A stretch of DNA of 64,000 bases from the human T2T-CHM13v2.0 reference genome, Homo sapiens, in NCBI RefSeq assembly GCF_009914755.1, contig NC_060933.1; one strand, written 5' to 3'. Position 1 is the stretch's first letter; every line of letters starts with the position of its first letter. Below are positions 37,460 through 64,000 of the stretch, one piece after another. The notes beneath the pieces are model-generated. The model searched no databases, had not been told where the DNA came from, and worked only from the letters and a program-made list of their open reading frames with translations. The position numbers were made by a program, and so were the translations under genes.

Positions 37460-37930
37460 AACTGAGAGTTGTCCTTGAATTTTTCTTTCTCCTCAATCCC
37501 AATATTAAATCAATTACAGAGTCTCATTGACTATACTTCCTGTGTGTCTCAAAAATACGTTTTGTGTTTATTCCAACTGCCTCTGTCTTTGCTCACATGT
37601 GTAAGCCTTTCTGCATTATTTTTCCCTTTGCCTGTAAGGTCCCTTTCACCTTGGCCTCAATACTTGGCTCAAGTAGTACCCCTTTGTAAATTTTACCTGA
37701 ATGTCTCAGCCAGAATTAGGCATTTATTTCACTGTGCTCTTTAAGCAACTAGTAGAGATTTCATTTGAGGCACTTAATTTGTAATCATTTATTTGCATGC
37801 CTGTCTTTTAATTAAAACATAGCCATTCAGGCATAGTGTTCTAAATATGTTTATTTCCTACCTCCCATATTGGTACATGGTAACATGTTTGGTTTTCAGT
37901 TAACAATATGTTGAGAAATTGAATAAGTGA
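37460..37930 (+). mobile_element. L2 3' fragment
   Basis: Degenerate L2 3' end finishing ...aatatgttgagaaattgaataagtgaa. Confidence 0.5.
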
Positions 37931-38295
37931 AAATATTTACATAAATAGTGTTTGTATAACTAAAAATAGGTGTCTGATGAGTTCGGTGATTTCATTGAGG
38001 GTACACTTAGTCCATTGTCAGGGTGAGTTGAAACTTTAAAAATTAATTTAAATAGGATATGCTTGTGAGTGGTTCAGGCATTTTAGGGAGAACATATGTG
38101 GTAATGGTACAGAAATGTATTTTGGAGGTACTTGTTCTTTTTATTTATTTATTTTTAATTCTATTTGCGATGGACTAGAGGAAGTACTTGTTCTTATGAG
38201 TTTGCGTATTAGTCAAAAAAGATGTAAGGAGTTGCCCGAAAAAGAGCCTCTCAAGATTGTAATTAACTTCTGTAACAATTGCTTCTATTGAGTGA

Positions 38296-41567
<3,272 letters not shown>

Positions 41568-42229
41568 TCAAAATGTATTTTTAAAATATGTTTTGTTTTA
41601 CCTTTTTTTTTTTTTAATTGGCCAGGCTGGTCTCGAACTCCTGACCTTGTGATCCACCTGCCTCGACCTCCCAAAGTGCTGGGATTACAGGCGTGAGCCA
41701 CTGCTCCTGGCCAAGTTTTGTTTTACTTTTTAAAAAACTTTAAATGAAAATTACTACAGCACCAACTAAATAACATGTATTTTTGAGACCTAACTGTAAT
41801 ACTATTATCACAACTATAAAAGCTCATAATTCCTTAATATCCAGTCAATGTTTACATTTCCCTTGTTCTCATAAATTTAGTTTGTTCAAATCATACCCTG
41901 AAATTACTAAGATCTATAATGGGTAAGAGCAAATTTTCTAATATATTGAACTTTATTTTCCCTTTTACTTCTTGTGGAAAATACTTTAATATTTATTAAT
42001 GCTCCTCAATACAATGATAATGATTTAACCTTTGATTTGATGATTTAAGATTATCTTGGAGCCAGTCGTGGTGCCACACCCCTGTAGTCCCAGCTACTCA
42101 GTAGGCTGAGGTGGGAAAATCACTTGAGGTCTTGAGTTTGGGCAACATAGTGAGACCCTGTCTCTAAAAATTAAAAAATAATTGTGTCTTGGGATCCATT
42201 TTTGAAGTTTCTCTTAAAATTTGTATATG

Positions 42230-42350
42230 ATCCTCATGATAACTCCCTAGGGTCAGTGTTTTTTGCCATTTTACATAAAAAGGAACTTGAAATCCAGAGA
42301 TTTAAATGAGTTGACCTAAGGTCAGAGGCCTAGCAAAGACAATGCTTAGA
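42230..42350 (-). mobile_element. MIR fragment
   Basis: tcctcatgataactcc...ccattttaca...gagttgacctaaggtcaga. Confidence 0.6.
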
Positions 42351-42666
42351 ATTGTGCCTGACAAATAAAAGATAGAAAAATGTAAATTAAATAGTCAAGA
42401 ATCATGCCAGGGCTACAACACAGGGCTACTGATTCTAGTACCTTCCCTTCTTCTTTTAAAATCATTATATTGTTCTGTGAATATAACTGAAATGGTATGA
42501 GATCTTATATTCATATGTTAATAGCAAGTTATATCTTATTTCATAAAATTTCAAAAAGGGAAGAAATTTCAGTGACAAGTTGGCTGAAGTAGGAGTATTA
42601 AATATGTGTATGAGGTAATACATAGGTAACTATAGGTCACCATATACATGTGAAATAGTATGTTTA

Positions 42667-43050
<384 letters not shown>

Positions 43051-43405
43051 TTACAGCAGGATATTCCCCCTGAATGTTAACTTCAGCTGAATAGTTGAGG
43101 ATTGTAAACTCCGCTGAAGGAGTTCTTAGTACAATTTAAATAGCCTTACCAGAAGCACACCAACCAATGTTACCTCTTCTAGTGGTAATGTAAGCATACT
43201 TTAGGCATGATGCTTTAAAAAAATCAATCATAAGGCCGGGGGCGGTGGCTCACGCCTGTAATCCCAGCACTTTGAGAGGCCGAGGTGGGCGGATCACGAG
43301 GTCAGGAGATCGAGACCATCCTGGCTAACATGGTGAAACCCCGTCTCTACTAAAAATACAAAAAATGTAGCCGGGCATGGTGGAGGGCGCCTCTAGTCCC
43401 AGCTA

Positions 43406-43510
<105 letters not shown>

Positions 43511-43775
43511 CTAAAAAACAAATAAAATAAATAAGAGTTCGAGACCAGCCTGACCAACATGGTGAAACCCCAAGTGTACTAAAAATAACAAAAATTAGCC
43601 AGGCATGTTGGCACATGCCTGTAATCCCAGCTACTCCAGAGGCTGAGGCAAGAGAACAGCTTGAATTTGGGAAGTGGAGGTTGCAGTGAGCTGGACAACA
43701 GAGCGAAACTCCATCTTAAAAAAAAAAACTACTTCTAGAATAAAGTCAAAAGGGTCACATTAAAACTACTTATGA

Positions 43776-43961
<186 letters not shown>

Positions 43962-44395
43962 TAGTAGAGATGGGGTTACTCCTTGTTAGCCAGGATGGTC
44001 TCAATCTCCTGACCTCGTGATCCGCCCGCCTCAGCCTCCCAAAGTGCTGGGATTACAAGCGTGATGAAGGTAGTATTTTTAAAAGATTATATAGTAGATA
44101 ATGGTCAAAAAGCTGAAAGTTCAAGAATAATTCAAAATATTAGATGCTTAGAGAAAATACAGAAACCCCATTAATACTACTAACCAATATTTATTAAGAT
44201 TTAAGTGGAATATAATTAGGTTTGGTAAGGCTCTAAGAAAACTAATTCCATAATCATCAAGGTCTTAAGGTTGGTATTAATCTTTCCAGTTGTCTTATCT
44301 AAAGCTGGTAGTATTATAATCTAAGGGCAAGTAGGTAAAAGAGGTAAAACAGTGAAAATTAGCAATATATAAAACAGCCTTCATGATTTTTGCCC

Positions 44396-44398
44396 CTC

Positions 44399-44447
<49 letters not shown>
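44396..44447. repeat. (CTGT)n(CT)n microsatellite
   Basis: Read directly from the sequence. Confidence 0.9.
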
Positions 44448-44448
<1 letters not shown>

Positions 44449-44677
44449 CCACTCTCCCTCCGTCTTTCCTCAGCCTCCTGAATAGCTGGCATTACAGGCA
44501 ACTGCCATCACGCCCAGCTAATTTTTGTATTTTTAGTAAGTGATGGGGTTTCACCATGTTGGCCAGGCTGGTCTTGAACTCATGACCTCAGGTGATCCGC
44601 CCACCTCAGCCTCCCAAAGTGCTAAGATTACAGGCGTGAGCCACTGCACCCATCCACCTATTTATATTTTTATATCT

Positions 44678-45960
<1,283 letters not shown>

Positions 45961-46379
45961 GTGCTACCTTTTATTATATTGGTGCATATCATCTATTCTA
46001 CATAAATTTTCATGCAGCACTGCAAAGATTTCTCTTAGTACCCTAAGTAATCTTAACAAGACTTTTTTCTGAGACAGGGTCTTGCTCTGTCACCCAGGCT
46101 GGAGTGCAGTGGCGTGATCACAGCTTACTGCAGACTCGACCTCCTGGGCTCAGGTGATTTTCCCACCTCAGCCTCCTGAGTAGCTGGGATTACAGGCACG
46201 TCCACCATGCTTGGCGAATTTTTGTATTTTTTGTAGAGATGGGGTTTCACCATTTGCCCAGACTAGTCTTGAACTCAAGCAACCTGCCCACCTAGGCCTC
46301 CCAAAGTGCTGGAATTACAGGCACAAGCCACGGCGCCTGGTCACAAGACTTTTTTTTTTTTTTTTTTTTTTGAGACGAT

Positions 46380-49101
<2,722 letters not shown>

Positions 49102-49337
49102 TGAACTCCTGACCTCGTGATCCACCCGCCTAGGGCTCCAAAAGTGCTGAGATTACAGGCGTGAGCCACCATACCGGCCAAATAATGATATTTTAGAAAT
49201 CAAGATCTTTGAGGGACCTGGGTGTTTGGGCTCCAGCCTTTTTTCCCCCTAATCAGCTTTATTGTGATTTTAATGCATATGTCATACAGTTCACCCATTC
49301 ATTAAAGTATATAGTTTAGTGGTTTCTAGCATATTCA

Positions 49338-49841
<504 letters not shown>

Positions 49842-49842
49842 T

Positions 49843-50012
49843 TAGTCCTCCAATTCAATTCATTGTTGACACTGTCTACCTGGAGATAACATCAGATTCT
49901 ATAGGTTAAGGACTCAGTCCCACAAGAAAGACTGCCTCCATTTTGGATGCCTATGGCAGACCTATACTCCTGATGAATCAGCTATAAATTGGGATTTCCA
50001 CTACTCCCCCTT
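49843..50012. mobile_element. MER21-type LTR fragment
   Basis: gtcctccaattcaattc..tgacactgtctacctggagata.catcagat...ggactcagtcccacaag. Confidence 0.7.
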
Positions 50013-50203
50013 AAAAGAATAAGATCAATAAGGCCGAGTGCGGTGGCTCATGTCTGTAATCCCAGCACTTTGGGAGGCCGAGGCAGGCAGATCACGAGGT
50101 CAAGAGATCAACGCCATCCTGGCCAACATGGTGAAACCCCATCTCTACTAAAAAATACAAAAATTTAGCTGGGTGTGGTGGCATGCCCCTGTAGTCCCAG
50201 CTA

Positions 50204-52430
<2,227 letters not shown>

Positions 52431-52449
52431 TTCAGGTTTTCTGGATTTC

Positions 52450-52800
52450 TTCATATATAAAATACGGGGATACTGCAAAGGACGTTCACTGCAGCAGGAT
52501 TTGTAACAGCAAAGGTGTGAGAAACAACCCAAATGCCCAAAATAAGGAAATAGTTTTATAAAATGGTTCATGTAGGTATACATTTGATGGAGTATAATGC
52601 AGATACTGTCAGTCATCCATGTAAAGAGAATATTTTATGGTGTAAAAAAAATGTTTACAATGTGATACAGGTGAAAAAAGCAGAATACAAAATACAGTAT
52701 GTTGAAGTTTTTAAAAATACGTTTTGTAAGGGAAATCAGCAATGTCAGCATTTATTATTTCTGGGTGATAGAATGACAGTTAAATTATGTGAGTAAAAAG
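52450..52800 (+). mobile_element. L1ME 3' fragment (sense)
   Basis: gttcactgcagca..atttgtaacagcaaa...aaacaacccaaatgccca. Confidence 0.55.
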
Positions 52801-52970
52801 AAAAATACCGTTGTTCCATATTGTGTACTCTAAAATTAGATTATTTTGTTATAAAAATAAAATGTACAGAGTACTGTTTTTCACTTGTGAGGCAAGTTAA
52901 AATTATATTTATGTATGTTTGTGTATGTGAGTGAGTGTGAGTTTTGGTGACTTAAAATAGCCTTTTATAG

Positions 52971-53349
<379 letters not shown>

Positions 53350-53477
53350 CTACTTTAATCTCAAGAGTTTACTCTATGAAAGGAGCTTTGTTTCTGTGGC
53401 GTGTAGTAGGGTGAATTATTAGGCAGATGAATAAGTTATAGTCTCATTTATTAGCATTTCATTTTTTTTCTTTTCAG

Positions 53478-53564
53478 GCGCATATTAAATTTCCTATTGA
53501 CTACCCCTATTCACCACCTACCTTCAGATTCTTGACCAAAATGTGGCACCCCAACATTTATGAG
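53478..53564 (+). CDS. UBE2R2: Internal coding exon (exon 2) of ubiquitin-conjugating enzyme E2 R2 (CDC34B)
   Basis: Acceptor atttttttcttttcAG, then 29 open codons ([29 protein letters not shown]), then donor GAG|gtaagg. Contains the UBC-fold FPxDYPxxPP and WHPNI motifs. AHIK and PPT match recalled UBE2R2, not CDC34 (ARLK, PPA). Confidence 0.97.
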
Positions 53565-54240
53565 GTAAGGAGACATCCATCATAAATTTCTCTGAAGATT
53601 TTTTTTTTTAAATCAGTACTTTAAAATAGCCTATCTCAGCACACTTTGATACTTAGGCTTTTGTAGCCATAGAGAAATATTAATGATTTTGCACTTCAGT
53701 TAACAGTTTCTGGATTAATTATTTAACATTAGTGTAGTTTTATAATATCCTGTGTATATTCTACAGGATAAAGGATAAAGTAAAGGATTTGGGCTTTAGA
53801 CTTTTGCTGTTCATTGCTAGGGTTATAATACACATGTCTTTAACATGTGCATTTAAAAATTTAGTAGATAATGTAATATAAATTTATTTGTGTGCCTATC
53901 CTCTAACTTCACAGCAAGGGTCACCTGTTCCTATGGGTGAGAGATTCAGCTTTTGGTAGGGGGAGCGGGATTTATCCCATTACATTTGGACTGGCCTCCT
54001 TTTAGGAATTGCTGCTGAACATTTGGGAGGCTCTTTTGGAATAAATTCAAGGTGAGGTTCTTGTACTAGACAAGTGCACATGCCTGGGGGAAGCATTTCT
54101 AGCTTTGTTGATGAAACGTACTTAGCTTTGGGCTAATCCATAAGGATACTAGAATAATGCATTCTGTTTCTCAGGTTGATATATGAGGGCCCGCTAGTTT
54201 TTTTCCTTTGAGGCTACTCTTCACTATTCTATAAGTGTGC

Positions 54241-54571
54241 TTTTTTGTTTGTTTGTTTGTTTGTTTGTTTGTTTGTTTGTTTGTTTTTGAGACAGTCTCG
54301 CTCTGTAGCCCAGGCTGGAGTGCAGTGGCGCAATCTCGCTCACTGCTACCTCTGCTTTCCGGCTCCCAGTTCAAGCAGTTCTCCTGCTTCAGCCTTCCGA
54401 GTAGCTGGGATTACAGGCATGCGCCACCATGCCCAGCTAATTTTTGTATTTTTAGTAGAGATGGGGTTTCACCATGTTGGCCAGGCTGTTCTTGAATTCC
54501 TGACCTCGTGATCCACCCACCTCGGCCTCCCAAAGTGCCGGGATTACAGGCGTGAGCCACCGCGCCTGGCC
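54241..54571 (-). mobile_element. AluS with a (GTTT)n tail, downstream of the exon
   Basis: TSD actattctataagtgtg/actattctaaaagtgtg. Confidence 0.92.
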
Positions 54572-54589
54572 TACTATTCTAAAAGTGTG

Positions 54590-54895
54590 TTTTTAAATCT
54601 CCAAATGTTTTGGGGATTTTGCAGGTATCTTTCTGTTAGGAACTTCCAGTTAAATTCCGTTGTGATCTGAAAGCAGACATTGTATGATTTCTATTTTTAA
54701 AAATTTGTCAGTATGTGCCTTATGGCCCAGAATGTGGTATATCTTCATGAAAGTTCCATGTGAACTCAAGAACAATGTGTAATCTGCAGTTACGAGTGTA
54801 GTAGTCTATAATGCTCATTATATACACTTGAAGAATGGTGTTGCTGAGTCCAGCTATGTCTTTACTTATTTTCTGCCTGCCAGCTCTGTCCATTT
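54590..54895 (-). mobile_element. L1M ORF2 endonuclease-region fragment
   Basis: ORF 54720..54989(-) contains KISKDI..LSNTI, typical of L1 ORF2 EN. Confidence 0.65.
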
Positions 54896-55108
54896 CAAAA
54901 AACAAAAAAACAAACAAAAAAAAATTCTGTAATCTTTTATTTGCAATATGGTTTTGCAGTGGTCTCATTTTTTCGTAGCAGCATCCCAAGCATTGAAATT
55001 GCTTTAGAGTCTTGCCATCTTAGTCATGCATCAGTTCTTTTTTTTGGCCCTGTGGATGTTGGAAGTACCTTTGCTCCAGAAACTGAGCTAACATCACCTT
55101 TAAATTAC

Positions 55109-58578
<3,470 letters not shown>

Positions 58579-58688
58579 GTGTATATGTATGTGTGTGTGC
58601 ATATATATATTTATATTTTCATCATTACCATATTTGTGAAATTCATTAGTATCAATGGAGAACTAGGAAAACTAAGGAAATTTGATAG

Positions 58689-58790
58689 GAATTTGTCATC
58701 AGTGATTGTGCTGCACAATCTATTTCCTTTCTGCTTTGCGAATTTGTCATCAGTGATGGTACTGCACAATCTATTTCCTTTCTGTTTTGC
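58689..58790. repeat. Tandem duplication, 2 x 51 nt
   Basis: gaatttgtcatcagtgat.gt.ctgcacaatctatttcctttctg.tttgc twice, with 3 mismatches. Confidence 0.95.
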
Positions 58791-59519
58791 ACTGTGTTTA
58801 GTGAGCCTTAATATATATGTTACTGGTTACATTCTGGTCATATTGTTAAAAAGTAGACAACTAATGAGCACCATATTTTTCACAAACTGTATTACAATGA
58901 GAGTTCATATAACACTTTCTTTACTACAGACTTCACAGATAAGGCAACACATAGAATTTCACTGTTCATTAGTACCTAAACATTTTTTATAATAGACATT
59001 AATTTTTAGAGCAGTTTTGGGTTCATTACAAAATTGAGGGGAAAGTTCAGAGAAAAAAATTGCTGATTATTTTATTAATAGTGTGTTGTAGAACACAGTA
59101 TGGAGCTTTTTATAAGTTCCTCTATGGGGTTATACATTTATAGGTTTATCTATATGGTACATTAGGCATCATTTAGAATATATTAGTATTTAGGCCACTA
59201 AATTTGTACTTTTCAGAGCTGAGCTCTGGTTTGTAAATAACTTGTCACAAGCAGGATTTTATGCATATTTATGTAATTCTTGGATTTACAGATCTTATCC
59301 ATTTTCTCTTAACATTTTAAGATATAGGGAAAAGGTTTCCTAAGTATTGACATGCCCAAATTTGGCCATATATCAGAATCATGTGGAGAAGTTATTAAAA
59401 AGAATCCTGGAAATTTTTATTTAATTGGATTTGGATGGGGTGTAGGCTAGATAATTCTTCATTTTATCTTTTAGAATCCCCATTCTAGAGTCCAATAACT
59501 TCCTTATTAAAAAAAAAAG

Positions 59520-64000
<4,481 letters not shown>

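Noticed and set aside
37974-38035. ctgatga...gaaac as a hammerhead or C/D-box snoRNA
   Set aside because: No supporting stems, and no properly placed box C/D pair with a terminal stem.
58579-58992. 137-aa non-Alu ORF with an internal repeat
   Set aside because: It has a non-ATG, low-complexity start in AT-rich sequence, and the 51-nt tandem duplication explains the repeat.

Overview
Primate, almost certainly human, genomic DNA from inside the UBE2R2 (CDC34B) gene, transcribed on the + strand. The only coding sequence I can support is one 87-nt, phase-0 exon at 53478-53564 ([29 protein letters not shown], the HPN-motif part of the E2 fold). The ORF track misses it. The rest is intron and roughly half Alu, and nearly all ORFs in the track are Alu or L1 read-throughs. 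Non-Alu highlights: (1) a full-length, tailless U4atac snRNA pseudogene at 35123-35251; (2) a near full-length fossil hAT/Charlie (Cheshire/MER58-type) DNA transposon at about 8613-13425, split by many Alus but with readable transposase motifs; (3) a four-layer MIR>AluJ>ERV1 LTR>Alu nest at 44.7-46.0 kb; (4) MER1B, MER2, Tigger3, MLT1A, MER21 and old L1/L2/MIR fragments; (5) a good CTCF motif; (6) inverted Alus flanking the in-frame exon; (7) several retrotransposition or repair scars. I found no convincing previously undescribed biological system. Repeat subfamily names come from recalled consensus sequences, and repeat boundaries are approximate.
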